Part shown: positions 40,549 to 54,991 of the stretch, piece after piece | Layout: each line of letters opens with the position of its first letter | How positions within the stretch are numbered: position 1 is the stretch's first letter | Assembly (NCBI GenBank): GCA_028023455.1 | Contig: JAQFVV010000005.1 | Coordinates: 10,478,001 to 10,542,000, forward strand | Length of the DNA: 64,000 bases | Source of the DNA: Epiperipatus broadwayi | Lineage: Eukaryota > Animalia > Onychophora | Direction: 5' to 3' | Made by a program: the position numbers and the translations under genes | The notes under the pieces: generated by a model | What the model was told of the DNA's origin: nothing | Seen by the model: the letters and a program-made list of their open reading frames with translations, nothing else | Databases searched by the model: none

Positions 40549-40929
40549 TAATAACAATATAACAAATAAAATAAATTACATGCATTTTTCTTTTCTTTTT
40601 TTTTATACAATTATATATATGTCAATTTATATAATTTTCCATTCATTTTTAATTAACCAATTATTAACCAAATTTATAGAAGTCTTGTAAATGTAAATAT
40701 TCATACAATTATTTAAATTATTTTTAATATAATATGTTTCATATATTTGGATCTTTGATGTAATTTAAACATTTAATATTTTTTGTAGCATCTATTCTAT
40801 GCCCATATTTTAAGTAATGAATATATAAAAGTTTACATTTTATATGGGGGTACAAAATGAATTATAAATTTAGAAATATAGAGTTAACATTTGCTCCCCA
40901 CATTCATTTGAAAAATATAATTGAATATA

Positions 40930-41209
40930 ATTTTTCTCAACTCTCTTATCACATATGCCCGCAGACCATTTTTTGTGTGCCCGCCGCTATCCGAACACAA
41001 AATTATTTATCTGATACAAATAAATTTAATTTTTAATTATTGTATTATATTGTAATCAAACTGTAGGGCATACTATACTTTTACAGCATAAAAAAGTCTA
41101 TTATTAACAATATCCAACTATAAATTTACATTGAAAAAATAAATGGTGCCCACCATCTGACCGGTATTATAGAATGTGCTCTTAAGTGCAAAAAGATTGG
41201 GAACCGCTG
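40930..41209. mobile_element. Partial hAT-type MITE
   Basis: Ends in ...GATTGGGAACCGCTG (reverse complement CAGCGGTTCCCAATC, hAT-like TIR); left TIR not clear. Confidence 0.45.
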
Positions 41210-41214
41210 GATTA

Positions 41215-43018
41215 GGGTAATCATCTGAAATCTGGACACGACCCTTGATGGCATTGTTTATGTGTCAAAACACATAAAAATGCCATTTCTGGGGCTGGCC
41301 TTACGGCTAATACAACATTTATATTGTATTACCCATTGCAGGCTGCTTTACATGACATTGCACAAAAATATTACAGCCTGTTTTGTGCTTTGAAACTATT
41401 TATGCATATTTATTTTATTCATATCTGATTACCATATCGCTTGAGGGTGTTTTAATTGCAAGTCGGTACAACTTTTCAAATCTCCATAATAGAGTAATGT
41501 AATTTATATTTAAATAATGTTGTTAATTACTAATAATTGTCATATGGTCCCCACCCTTTCCTAAAAAAATGTTAATATGTAAAAAATTGGCAAAGAGTAT
41601 GTTTGAACACGCTATGACAAAGTTCACGCGCTAACTCATATTTTAGCGTGGCAAATATACGAGACCAATAAAATGTCTGAGAAGAAAGTGCAATTTTTAA
41701 ACTTTTCAGAATGGCCGAGTACGGAAAGTGAGACTGTGTTCTTTTTTCAGGCACATAATGTCCTCCCAAATACCAGACTGTTTTTATTACAGCAATAAAA
41801 TAATAAATAAAAATATGTTCAAAAAGTCCAAAGTTTGTTTATTTTTTTTTTATTTCATTAGAAATTGACAAGTATTTGGATTATCTTTTTTCAGCAGGGT
41901 TAAAATAAATTACTGGGTGGGGATTTCAAAACAATTTTTTACCCCCCCAAAACACAAAAGTTACTTTTGATTTAATAATAAGAAAAACAATTTAGTCAAC
42001 CAAAAAAAAAAAAGGGGTAGAACAAAGTCGAAACAAGTCCCGAATAATTGTATTATATTTTTTCTGCGGGGTTAAAACAAATTTTTTTGTCGTGAAACAG
42101 TCAAAAGTTTTAAAATCAGAAAAATAAACACAAAGTTAAATTACCAAAATTTGTTAATAAACTAAAGATCAGCCTTTCAAGCTAATGTACATGCACTTTT
42201 TACAAATATTAATACTAATAAATGAATACTTTCACTTCCAACACAAGATAAAGTCTTTTCACAAGAATAGAATGAATCCATCTATTCTTTCAATCCAAAT
42301 GCTTATATATGGGCAAATCTTAAGTACTGGAAATGAAAGCGTGAGGATAAACCATTCACTTTAAATTACTTTTTACTATGTCTGAATGAATGAAAGTATT
42401 CATTTATTAGTATTAATATTCATAAAAAGCGCATGTACGTTAGCTTGAAAGGCTGATTTTTAGTTTATTACAATTTATAAACATAGCGCTATATAAAATA
42501 AATGCCTCATTTACATATATTTAGTTTCATTTAAGAATGGCGTTTCATAAATTCTAGATAATTTCCTGGGCGTCATTCATTCAGACATAGTAAAAAGTAA
42601 TTTAAAGTGAGTGCTTTCATTTCCAGTACTTAAGATTTGCCCATATATAAGCATTTGGGTTGTTGGAAGTGAAAGTATTCATTTATTAGTGTTAATATTC
42701 GTAAAAAGCACATGTATGTTAGCTTGAAAGGCTGATCTTTAGTTTATTACAATTTCTAAACATAGCGCTATATAAAATAAATGCCTCATTTACAAAATTT
42801 GTTAAGAAAAATGTCAGGTTAAAAAAACAACGAAAATGAATATAAAAATTTGTTTAATAAAAAAGAAATCATGTTATAAATGAAATAAAAATTTGTTTAA
42901 TCAAAAAAAAAATCATGTTATATAAAAAAAGTTGCGGCCCGGTAACGTTACATTTGATTGATTTTGTATAGCATCAATGCCATCAAGCGGCCGTGCCCAG
43001 ATTTCAGATGATTACCTT
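41215..43018. mobile_element. 1.8-kb non-autonomous TIR DNA transposon (PIF/Harbinger-like, tentative)
   Basis: About 42-bp TIRs ggtaatcatctgaaatctgg(a/g)cacg...ttgatggcattg at 41215-41256 and 42974-43018; flanks tta and ttt; no ORF. Confidence 0.7.
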
Positions 43019-44649
43019 TTTCAGTAGTGGCATTACTGATCAATCAGCTTATAATATTTCATTTTTAACAATCTAATGTTCATTTTACAGTTTTGTGTAC
43101 ATTTAATTACAAAAACTAGAATTAAAATATGGGTTAACTAATATTAGTTTTTTTAAAAAAATTCTAAATGTCAGCATCTTGCAGGACTAAATCAAATTAG
43201 GAAGATTAAAGCTTGCATTTTTGCAAAAGGAAGTAGAAAATATTCATTGTATATGACCAATTTCATTCTTTCCAACATTGTCTTCACCTTTTGGAAAATT
43301 AAAAATTACCACTTTACATCTAATTTATTTAATTATTTTTTATTATTTTTGTAAAGTGTAATTGAATATTTATTTTCGGTAAATAAGTAAGGCATTAAAT
43401 TCAGTCTTTATTTGAAAATATTTGTTTTTGTCAGAAAATTATCTAATTGAATATTTATGATCAAGCAGAAGAACCATGGATTTTATGAACTTGGAAAATG
43501 CAGCTTTACACATTAGTAGATATATGGTATGTTCATTCGATTTTAATTTGAAACTATTTTTTTAACAGAAACAATTGATTATGATAAACTTGAAGAGCCT
43601 ATTGTTAAAATAAGAAAGCCTATTGTTTATAATAAACATCCATGTCAGTACTAATTTTTATTGTTTTTTGCAATTATAAGTGGAACTTTAATATTCTAAA
43701 AAATGATTTCAATACTTCATTGTATTCTTTATCAAAGTTTGTTTTACTGATGAAAGTTTTTTTAAGAAAAATTTAATTTTATTAAAAATAGATTTTATTA
43801 CTGTAAGACTAAAAATGAATTCTTTTGTTTCATTGTTTATTTTTTATTACTTTTTCCTTTATTTGCAAATTTAAAATGTTATTTTTACGGTTATTATTTT
43901 TTTATAAATTTATATTTAGAATAATTTTTTTAACTAAGATAAAAATTTGCGAAGGGATAAAGTTTAAGTCACTAAAATAAAAAGCATGAAAAATAATTAT
44001 TAAATTCTTCAAAGTACATTACTAAAAGGTTTTTGAAGTCCTTTTTTTAACAATATAAATATCTTTTTATATTTATACTGATAATATAGATATTTTGACA
44101 ATATGGTATTTTTCATAATTTTTATGTTTATAAGTTTAAAACAGCTATTTTTTTTTTTTTAAATCACTAGAAATGTTGCTATTAATATTTTAAATTAGAA
44201 AAAAAAAATATTTTTTTTTGTCTTATATTCAGATATCTGAAAATTGTTTTGTAATGTAATCTCAATTAATAAAAGTTTATTTCATTAAATTTTTTCCAAC
44301 TTATCACTAAAAAAAGAAAATTATTTAAAAAGATAGTGTCTGACTTTAATTCATTTGTGAAATGAAAGATTTTTTTTTTTAACTTTTATTATCATCTTAT
44401 TTCACTGACTTTTATTTACAGTTTTAAATATAGTATTTTGCTTTTAGTTACTGGATATTTTTTTTTAACATAAATTTTAATACTCTCTCCCTTCAATAAT
44501 GTTTTAAATCATTCAGGCATTTTTTTTTTTTAAATTTAAGCAATGTAAAGTGGTTAATTTTATAAATTCTGTATCCATGAAGGTTTTATTTTGGGAAGCA
44601 GAGATTTTATCTTTTTTTTTTAATGATAAATTTTAAAAAGAAAGTACCT

Positions 44650-44727
44650 ATTATCTATGATTGTCCCCATCCCCAGACCAGTTTTGAGCTAAGGCTCTCT
44701 TCAGTGAGGAGCTAGGACATTAGATTC
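44650..44727 (-). ncRNA. Decayed hammerhead copy of the 2.2 kb family
   Basis: UCCUCA-CUGAAGA-GAGC(CUUA)GCUC-AAAA-CUGG-UC/UGGGGA; G12A; flanks match 2213-2285. Confidence 0.65.
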
Positions 44728-45768
44728 GATTTTATTTTATCATATTTTATACTTGTTCAATCATGATAATATAAAAATATACTTAATGAAGACATGATGA
44801 ATGAGAATCATCTGTATAGTCCTTGATTTTATTTAAATCCTTAATTTTTATTTTTTAGATTAAATATTTTTAGATTTTTAAATTACTTTTTATCTTTGAA
44901 TTTTTTGTTAGAAATAATTATTTATTTTGTACTTATATATTTTTTTATCTGTAATTAAGTTTATTTTTGTTTTCTGTAAGTTTGACTTATGACTTATCTA
45001 TAATCTTTTAAGTAAAAAAAACAGATCTAATACATTTTAGATCTAATTATTTATTGCTTTAATTTTGTTTGTACAATATGGATACATTTTATCAAATTTA
45101 CATTCTCCTAACTATTCTCTCTTGTTATTTTGACATCACATAACTCAATGAGAGGCAGTTATTTCCCCTTCAATTACAGATATTTAAAATAGTTATGATT
45201 ATTTATTATAGCAATAACATATATTTTGATTATTTAATTTTCTGTATATATATATTCTTTTAATATTTTTTCTAAATATTTATCATCTCTATCATCATTT
45301 TAATATTATAGTAATTATAATGGTTTATTATCTAATTTTTAATTTATATTTTTATATGTTATATTTTCTTTTTTACAATTTCAAGCATTTTCTTTATATC
45401 CTATTCAAATTATTTAAATCATTTATTTTATCATAGTTTGTTCATTTATTGAAATTTTTTTGTGAACTGTTTTTTAAAACTACTATATATTGTTGATTTA
45501 TTTTAAATGTTTTTATTTATTTACTAGTTAGTTTACTTTTTAACTTTTCAGGGTAATTGTTATTAATAGCTTTGGTTTTATTTTATTAATTACTTCTTTC
45601 AATAATTTTTTCATTAGAAGAAATTCTTATTGCTCTAATTATTCTATTTATAATATTTATTTTATGAATATTTTGCAGAATATCTAATTAGTTAACAGTC
45701 CTAATAATTTTATTTTTTTCAAGAAGTATAATAACTACTTTTTCTTATTGCATTGCTAAATGTATATC

Positions 45769-46045
45769 ATATAATACTAAATTGTCCAAGCACTTTACTA
45801 CTGTTACACGATGCTTTATTTACCACCCTTTCTTACAGTTTACAGTTTTGATTGTTCCAGCAATCTTTGTCAGAACTTTATATTTCCTAACCTCAACTGT
45901 TACAATCAATTTACAGTTGAGGTTAGGAGATATACAGTTCTAAAGAAGATTGTTGGGGGCAATCGAAACTGTAAACTGTAAGAAAGGCTGGTAAATAAAG
46001 CATTGAGTAACAGTAGTAAAGTGCTTGGACAATTTAGTATTATAT
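45769..46045. repeat. 277-bp near-perfect palindrome (fold-back MITE)
   Basis: Arms of about 132 bp pair with scattered mismatches around a 12-nt loop (tacaatcaattt); TA-rich flanks. Confidence 0.85.
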
Positions 46046-49000
46046 AGTAATTTTATTTTCTATAAACTTTCTCCATGCTAATCTTTGTATGAAAGAAAGA
46101 TAGTATTATCTTATTGATATACTTTTAATTTTATATTAAACCATAGACATTCTACACTGTTTCAAGGGAAAAAATTAAATTTGTTAGTATTGCTTTTATA
46201 GTATACTTTTTATGCTTCGAACATATATTTTTATAGTTTTTATTAAATTTAGCTGCAGTATGTGTATACATCATCACTGGTTTTCATTTAAACATGGAAT
46301 ATTTCAATGTTTTTTAAAGATAGTCATTTTTTAAATGTAAATTCTGGAACTGGACTGCATTTTATACACTTCTCTTTTTAATAATTGAGTAATTAATAGC
46401 CAATACAATATTATGGTTTATATAATGAATTTTTGTATACAGATTTTTTTCTTTAACTTGAGTTTTAATTACTGATCCAGTGGTGCATAGTTAATGAAAT
46501 GTGTGGTTTTATGCACAATCTCAGAAAATGGATTCATTAGATTTTAAAGCCAATTGATAAATCAGAACAAAGAGTAACATTTGCTATTTTTATAGATATG
46601 GTCTGGGATCTGGGTTAATGTAGAATATATCAGTCATTTGTTAAGTATTAATGCTTTTAATATGAGTGAGAGATGATAATTAATTCAAGTAGTAGTGAGG
46701 AGTTCAGTGCCTTTAATTAAAACCTTTTATATAATTATGAATAAAAGTTATTAAAAATAAGTTACATCATTAATTAGCTTCAGAAGTGCACTTCAACTCT
46801 GTCTTACTATTGTTATATCTTGACTAATTTTAATCTCAGTAAAGGTAGTTATGTTGGATAATTCTTAAATTTATTTTATATACGTTTCGTCAATTATTCT
46901 TGTTTGAAAAATTAATTAAGAAAGTAAATAAAAACAGATATATATATTTTTTAATTGGCTCAATAATTCCAATATATAAATCCTACTATGCACATAATGT
47001 TTTTTTCTTTGTTGTTATTGTCTAACTCAATTTATATACATCCTTTTTTTTTGCTTATATATTAAGCAATTTATATATACCAGTATATAATCTATATATG
47101 TCATTTTCTAATTTTATCAATTTTCAACTACATTGTTGTTATGATAATTATTTTCACTTATTTTCTTTATTCAGTTATATTAACTTGATAAATGAAGACA
47201 ATCTTTACATTTAAGTAGTCTCTTACTCTTCATCTATCCAGTCTAAAGAGAATGGATGTATACAATAGTAATCATGTCATCATTTCAACCAAGTTTTGAA
47301 CAAACTCACTAATCGTATGAAGTTGGAATCATTTTTGGAGTATTGCTCAACATGGTTAAATATATTATCAGTGTCTTTTTCATAATTAGAACAATGTGAT
47401 CATAATACTTTCGAGTTAGAGAATAGCAGATACAGATTCCATACATATGAATATGAATTGGTTCATGCAATAAATAAGATTTACATATGTACATTTACCT
47501 AAGTTATAATCAAGGTCTTTAAACACCAATTTTGTAAGCGATGAATATCAGTTTATAGAATGATTTAACATAATTTGTATTAAAATTATTAGTGAATACA
47601 ATAAACTTTTGTTCTTATTACTAAATTTCATGTCAGCAATAATTTATTGATTTATGGAATTCTTACTGAAAACTAATTCAAGATTATTATTTTTATTTTA
47701 ATCGCTAATTATAAATATAGATTAATTTGGGTACTTTGATATTAGTCTTGCTGTGGTATATTACTCTAAGTTTGCTATGTTTAAAATAACATCTCTAAGT
47801 AATGTGCCGACAAATTTAATCGATAAAATTTGTCCATAGACACTATGGAGGCATTATTTTAAACGTATTGCAAACTTAGAATAATATGTCACCTGATGTA
47901 AAAAGTCATAGCATGTGTGATATGAAAAAATAATGGAGACATGTTATTTATAGAAAAAGGCAAAAAACCATTAAAAAATTAAATAAACAGGTACTTATGA
48001 GTTGTGCATTTATTGAATGACACTGTGTGTTGCAAAAAACATGTCTCCCCCTCCCTGCTTTGCGCCATTATAAACCACATGCCCAATCTAAAAAAACCAA
48101 ATGGCAAACTGTAACTTTATGGCAGCGAAATATAACTTTAAAGTAATATTTTAAAAATTATCTCAAAAGAAAAACATATATTTTTGGTTGTAAAAAAAAA
48201 AACCACAAATATTTAAGATTTTAAAATGTTTAACAAAAATAAATAATAATGAAAACAAATTACTTACAAATGACGAGAGTCAGTGTGTTAGAATGAACTG
48301 TTTAATGTGTTCTAGAATGGAAAAAAATCTCAATGAAAGGCTCACAATATTAGCACGGATATGATAGCACAGAATCTCGCAGACAGCACATTTTTTAATC
48401 TTGCAGGTTACCACATCCATATCTTAATCATTGACATGGATTAGTCATGCCAGTATTTTGGTTGCCATGACATCGTTTATTTAAATTTTGAATAAATATC
48501 GGATGAAAACGTCATCTGAGTAATATGTCATAACATGATTAATACCAAAGTATCATTTATTGTAATTATTATTTTCTTGATATTTAATTTTACTCTTACT
48601 TATTTATCTATTTCTGAACATCTTTTAAGTAGTTATTTTTTTTACTTTTGGGTACGGTTAACATACACACACATTGATGCTTATGTTTGTAATCCACTGA
48701 TATCTTCTATTTTTATTACATGATCATAGTATGTATTAATTTCATTCTGTATTTGCTAAGAAACGATTAGCTATTGCTTTTAATTTTCAGTATTAATATT
48801 GCTTTATTCTTTATTTCATTTTAATAAAACATTCTATAATTTTAAATGTTTGATTTTTTTAAAAAAATTGCTCAACTATTATTTTCAACATAATAGATTT
48901 TCTATCTGGTATTTTTTAACTTTATCAACTATACCCTGCATGCATTGGCAATGTTCTGTTATTATTTCTTTATTGCTTTTGTTTAATTGTAGATTATCTA

Positions 49001-50369
49001 TTTAGCAGTTGTGTCTTCAAAAATCATTCAAAACAACTTAAAATACTGTAAAGATTTAAATTATTTTGCTTTTTAAAAACATATTTGAAGAAAACATTTT
49101 TTCCCTTTGTACATATAAACATATATTATACTCCAGAATTTACATTTTTATTTATGTTTTAATTAATTGTCTTCTTTTTTTATTATTTAGGTTGGTAATT
49201 ATTCATAATTGAAAACCAATTCTCAAACATCTCAAGCTACATGTGATCATTGTGATTATTTTGTTCTGGAAGTTTTAGTCCAAATAACTATATTTAATCA
49301 AATACTATAATCTACTGTGAGAAGAAAAATGATTACCATTAAAAAATAACTGATAAATATATTATTTTATTTGAAAAAGAATTTTTGTAAACTGGGAAAT
49401 TTAAATATTAGTAGTGTTGTTTTAAATATGAAATAGTTTTGTCAACTAGAATGATAGAGTTAAGTTTTATTTGTTGTGAACTATGTTAAAGACTACTACT
49501 AATAGTTCAGAAAATTTCATTAGTCACTAAACTATTATATTTATAATTTCAAATGTAAGGTATAATAATATGCTTCTATTATTTTTTTCAAAAACTCCAT
49601 CTAATGAGATAGATATAGTGAGTTAACTTTTTTTGAGTATTTCTTGAATAATAAAAAAAACAATTGAAAACTTTATTAATTTAAAATAGAATATAAAGTG
49701 ATAACCACTATTCAGAAATCAAGATATAAAATGATTTTATAGAAAAAAACATGTAATGGTATAGTGTGATTAAAAAGCTTCTGTGAAATATTATCATTAA
49801 CTTGTCCTCAAACAAATCTCAAATCTGACACATTTAAATAATTATCTTTTTTGTTATCATAACTTGATTTCTTTTTTTCATTTATTTTTCATAATTTCTC
49901 TATCATGTGCATGCTCAATGCAAACCTTTTAATAATTATTTTTACTCAAAAATACTTTGATAGTATTAATTTTATCCTTACAAGATATTATTACTAATTG
50001 AAACTTTAAAAAATTTTCAGACTTAATTAGTCAAACATTTAGCTTTAAGTACATTTATCAGTTCTTAAAAAAAACATTTGTCAAGACTATATGTAAATCT
50101 AAATTTATTTACTTAAAAAATGACATTTTATCTTTAGTAAAAATGTGTTTGTTTTTTTTTAAACTATTTATGTTAAAAAGTGATTTTATATAGGAAAAAA
50201 TTGAATGTACATTAAATTAAAAAAAATTTTTGAGTATAAATTAATTTTTAAAAATAGATGAAAATAGTTGCATAAAAGAAAATAATTTCTTTAAATCACA
50301 AGTGTATAATTTGAAATTAGTACTAACAAAAAAAGTAAAAGTTATATAAAACAAATCACTTCAGTTTTT

Positions 50370-51740
50370 GTGATTATAAAACTGCCCGGAAAATCGTTTT
50401 GTGCAATTTTATTACTACCATTATTGTTTATAATAAATTTATACATAATGCATACATTAGAAAAGTTATTATTGCACTGCACCTTGCGTTATTATAAGAC
50501 TGCTGGGGAAAAGAAATTAAAATTGTATGAAAGGACACATGCAGATATAAAACCTTTCTACTGTAGAATATGTGATTATAAGGCTTATGATCAAAACACT
50601 TTAACAGTACATGAAAGAATACATATTAAAGAAAAAATTTTCCAATGCAACTTTTGTAATTATAAATCCTCTAGGAAAAATAATGTAAAAATGCATGAGA
50701 GAAGGCATACAGGAGAAAAACCTTTCCAGTGCAACTTTTGTGTTTATAAGGCTGCAAAGAAAATTAATTTAAAATTGCATGAAAGAAGGCATACAGGAGA
50801 AAAGCCATTCCACTGTAACATATGTGGTTATAAAACAGCAGTAAAGTACCAGTTAAAAGTGCATGAAAGAGTACATACAGGAGAAACACCTTTTCATTGC
50901 ATGTTGTGTGATTATAAGACCATTACCAAAGGTAATTTAAAAGTGCATGAAAAAAGACATAGGTTAGAAAATGTTTTGCAGTGTAACTTATGTAATTATC
51001 AAACTACTAGTAGAAGTCATTTAAAAGGTCATGTTATAACTCATACAAGAGAACAATCATTCCAATGTAGCTTTTGTGATTTTAAGTCTGGTTTAAAGCA
51101 AAGTTTAAGAATGCATGAAAGAATACACACAGGAGAGAAACTGTTTCACTGCACTTTGTGTGATTATAATAGTAATGTAAGGAAAAATTTTAAAGCACAT
51201 GAAAGACGACATACTGGAGAGAAGTCATTTCAGTGTCACTTATGTGATTACAAGTCTGCTGTTAAACACAGATTAAAATTGCATGAGAGAACACATACGG
51301 AAGAGAAACTTATCCAATGCAACTTGTGTAGTTACAGGACCACTAGGGAAAATGATTTAAGAGTGCATGAAAAAACACATATGGGAGAAATTTCTTCTCA
51401 TTCCAGCATTTATAATATGACTGTCATTAAAGAAAATGTTAAACTATATAAAAGAAATCATTTAGTTAAAAATTTTCTTCATGACACATTATATAATGTT
51501 AAACTAGTTTCTCCAATTACTTTAATGGGCTTTAATAAATGTACTGAAACACTTACTTTGAAGCCTGATCAAAATAAACACAAAGAATATTACATGCAGG
51601 ATAGTCACAGTTTTGAAGTGTACAGGTGGAAGTGTTATTTGTGTGATTATGAACATACTGAGAAATATGTTCTTGAAAGGCATGAAGCCAGTCATTTCAC
51701 TGATCATGAAATTATTGAGATTTACATAAAATTTATGTGA
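50370..51740 (+). CDS. Tandem C2H2 zinc-finger protein (10 intact linked fingers, one degenerate N-terminal finger, one isolated C-terminal finger)
   Basis: Repeated CxxCxY/F...L..H...H with HTGEKP-type linkers over 456 codons; first ATG at 50448; true 5' end uncertain. Confidence 0.93.
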   Translation: MIIKLPGKSFCAILLLPLLFIINLYIMHTLEKLLLHCTLRYYKTAGEKKLKLYERTHADIKPFYCRICDYKAYDQNTLTVHERIHIKEKIFQCNFCNYKSSRKNNVKMHERRHTGEKPFQCNFCVYKAAKKINLKLHERRHTGEKPFHCNICGYKTAVKYQLKVHERVHTGETPFHCMLCDYKTITKGNLKVHEKRHRLENVLQCNLCNYQTTSRSHLKGHVITHTREQSFQCSFCDFKSGLKQSLRMHERIHTGEKLFHCTLCDYNSNVRKNFKAHERRHTGEKSFQCHLCDYKSAVKHRLKLHERTHTEEKLIQCNLCSYRTTRENDLRVHEKTHMGEISSHSSIYNMTVIKENVKLYKRNHLVKNFLHDTLYNVKLVSPITLMGFNKCTETLTLKPDQNKHKEYYMQDSHSFEVYRWKCYLCDYEHTEKYVLERHEASHFTDHEIIEIYIKFM

Positions 51741-52909
51741 TCTTTAAAGTGTATTTATTGGATGAACATTAACATAAAATTAGTCTCACCAAACAAATTA
51801 GTATAATGTCAGCATGACCTTAAAAATGCTACTTTCTAGAAGGATGAAATGACCGTATTCATGGAAATGGATCTTTGGAAAAGAAATGACTTAATAAAAT
51901 AGATGTTTCAGAAGTTAATCTGTTATTCATTAAAGGAAAATGGAATGCAGCTGTACAAGTAATATTTTTGGTAATAATTTCAAAGAATAGATTATTATTT
52001 ATTTATTTTAAAAAAAAATAACACTGGATAATATCAAAAAATTTAAGTCAGATTGTAAAGTTTGCTAATAAACATTTTATTTGTTATTTGGATTGTGATA
52101 AAGTTGGACTGACTTCTTACCTATTGCTGCATCGAGACAAATTGTTACAGGTGATCTAGTTTTATTTGTAGAGTTTCATATGTATAGCATACTGTTTTGT
52201 TACAATTCCTATAATAATACATACTTTTAAATTCAGTGTATTTTGTGTCTCAGAAATATGCTGAATCTTTATTCTCTTATTGAATAATCTTTTTAATAAA
52301 TTATTTTGAAGTTTATGTCTAAAAACATAGATAATAAAGTAATTTAGCATTTAAATTATATTAAAATACTTTGTTTTACTTCTTATATAAATTAGATATA
52401 GTTAATAATTAAATTTTATGAAAAGAGTACAAATTTATTTATTGTAGTTGTTTTTTAATTTTTTTACAATTTGATGTTCAATAAATATTGATTTCACTAT
52501 CATGGACCTGTTGTAGTTAGTGGTTTTTCCTCTATACCTAAACAAAATTTCCAATAAGTTTATGAAATAAAATTATAACTCAAGTAAAGTGCTAAATAAA
52601 GTGGATTAGAATAACCATATTGTAGATGTGGACTGTGTTATCAAGATTGATTAACATGCATTGTTGGTTGTAAGGGGTAGCTTACAACACAGTTATTCCT
52701 ACCAAGATTGGCCTACTTATTGAATCTAATCCATTTGAAACTTGTACTAATAATGGGGAGATCTATTTATTTATTATTAACACCTATATATATATATACA
52801 TGTATACCCATATATATATATTACAAGCATAAAGCTAAACTAGTCAATATAAAATCAAAACTACCCCAAATCCAAAATTAAACCAGACCAGCATAAAAAT
52901 AATATTAAA

Positions 52910-52954
52910 ATACAACCTAAGGTTTCACTGCTACAAGCAGATTTCTCAAGTGTA
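52910..52954 (-). ncRNA. Hammerhead with U3-A8 core variant
   Basis: ACAC-UUGAGAA-AU-CUGC(UUGUA)GCAG-U-GAAA-CCUUAGG-UU/GUAU. Confidence 0.6.
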
Positions 52955-52987
52955 AAGAACTACAAAAACTACACAATATATATAATA

Positions 52988-53320
52988 TTAAAAACTACCC
53001 ACAAATCCATTCACTTCCCATCCACCCTTAATATTAAAAGAACTCTTAAATAAGTTAATTGCTTCAGAATAATAAATTTTCAATAATAAAGACTCTTTAA
53101 TTCTTCTTTTGATTTCATTTCTCTCAAAGAAGACAACCTTAGCTTCATCAAAATCAATAATGTGGCCTGTATCTTTTTCATGGACATACAAAGTAGAACT
53201 AAGATATCTATTTTTAACTCTACTTTTATGAACCTTTATTCTTTCATTTAAACTCAAACTACTCTGACCTATGTAAACCTTCTTACAAAATAAACAAGGG
53301 ATAAAATATACTTCTATCAA
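52988..53320 (-). pseudogene. PLE GIY-YIG endonuclease
   Basis: VYFIPCLFCKKVYIGQS...RIKVH...GHIIDFDEAKVV...KESLL. Confidence 0.9.
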
Positions 53321-53612
53321 AAACTTCTTTTGTATTATTTAATAAATTATTCAATGTAACACCCCTTTTCCAAGCAATTTTCTTATTTCCAAACAATTTA
53401 CTATTTCTACACACAATTTTATAAGACAATTTAAATGGCAAAGAAATAAAATCATATTTTTCTTTAACCTTTACATCCTTACAAATATTACTATGAATAA
53501 AATACTTTTAACAAATTTATCACAGTATCCAACACTCAAATAATCTTTATAAAATTGATATTTCTGAAACAAAGCTACCCCACTAGAATTATTTAATTTA
53601 ATATTCCTATGA

Positions 53613-54209
53613 CTAATTCCTTAAAGCAGCTACTTTATGAGATACAGACTGATAGCTATCAGGATTAATTATAGATCTTAATTCTTTACTTTTAACTAAA
53701 TGACTGCACAATAAACAATTAGTTTCTATATTTCTAATCACCAAAAGATCTAAAAATTTTAACTTACCAAAATCTAACCCCCCTCCTTCTAACACAAATT
53801 TTATAGAAGGATCAAAACAATTAAACTCATTTACAAATTCCTTCAATTTATCATTCTCAACTACAAATAAACAATCATCAACATATCTGACAAATAATTT
53901 TACATATAAACAATTCTTTTTAATAATAATTTCCTCTTCCATAAAACTAATATAAACTGAACATACTAAAGGAGAAATAATATAACCTATTATCCACCCT
54001 TCCTTAATCTTATAAAAATTACCTCTATAAGTAAAATACATAGAATCTTCCAATAATAAAAGCAAATCTTTAATTACCTTAATTTTATTTTTTGATAACG
54101 AACTTTTCTTAATCAATACAGACAAAAGAACATCAATACTGCTTAACCTATTAACAGACTGATACATATTTTCAATATCTAAACTTCCAAATACCCAATT
54201 ACTTTCCAT
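53613..54209 (-). pseudogene. PLE reverse transcriptase fragment
   Basis: SLDIENMY, YF.YRGNFY, SPLVCSVY, VRYVDDCL, IKFVLE..KLKFLDL. Confidence 0.9.
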
Positions 54210-54991
54210 TTTAAAATTATTAATCTTATCAAAAACCTCAAAAAAAGTTATATGGAAGAGGAAATTATTATTAAAAAGAATTGTTTATATGTAAAATTAT
54301 TTGTCAGATATGTTGATGATTGTTTATTTGTAGTTGAGAATGATAAATTGAAGGAATTTGTAAATGAGTTGATTGTTTTGATCCTTCTATAAAATTTTGT
54401 TAGGAGGGGGGTTAGATTTTGGTAAGTTAAAATTTTTAGATCTTTTGGTGATTAGAAATGTAGAAACTAATTGTTTATTGTGCAGTCATTTAGTTAAAAG
54501 TAAAGAATTAAGATCTATAATTAAACCTGATAGCTAAGTCTGTATCTCATAAAGTAGCTGCTTTAAGGAATTATTGTCATAGGAATATTAAATTAAATAA
54601 TTCTAGTGGGGGTAGCTTTGTTTCAGAAATATCAATTTTGTAAAGATTACTTGAGTGTTGGATACTCTGATAAATTTGTTAAAAGTATTTTATTTAATAG
54701 TAATATTTGTAAGGATGTAAAGGTTAAAGAAAAATATGATTTTATTTCTTTGCCATTTAAATTGTCTTCTTATAAAATTGTGTGTAGAAATAGTAAATTG
54801 TTTGGAAATAAGAAAATTGCTTGGAAAAGGAGTGTTACATTGAGTAATTTATTAAATAATACAAAAGAAGTTTTTGATAGAAAGACTATTCCTGGTGTAG
54901 TATATTTTATCCCTTGTTTATTTGTAAGAAGGTTTACATAGGTCAGAGTAGTTTGAGCTTAACCATAAAAGTAGAGTTAAAAATAGATATC

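Noticed and set aside
43415-43652. Apparent two-exon gene with a GT-AG mini-intron
   Set aside because: The reading frames do not join in phase without stops.
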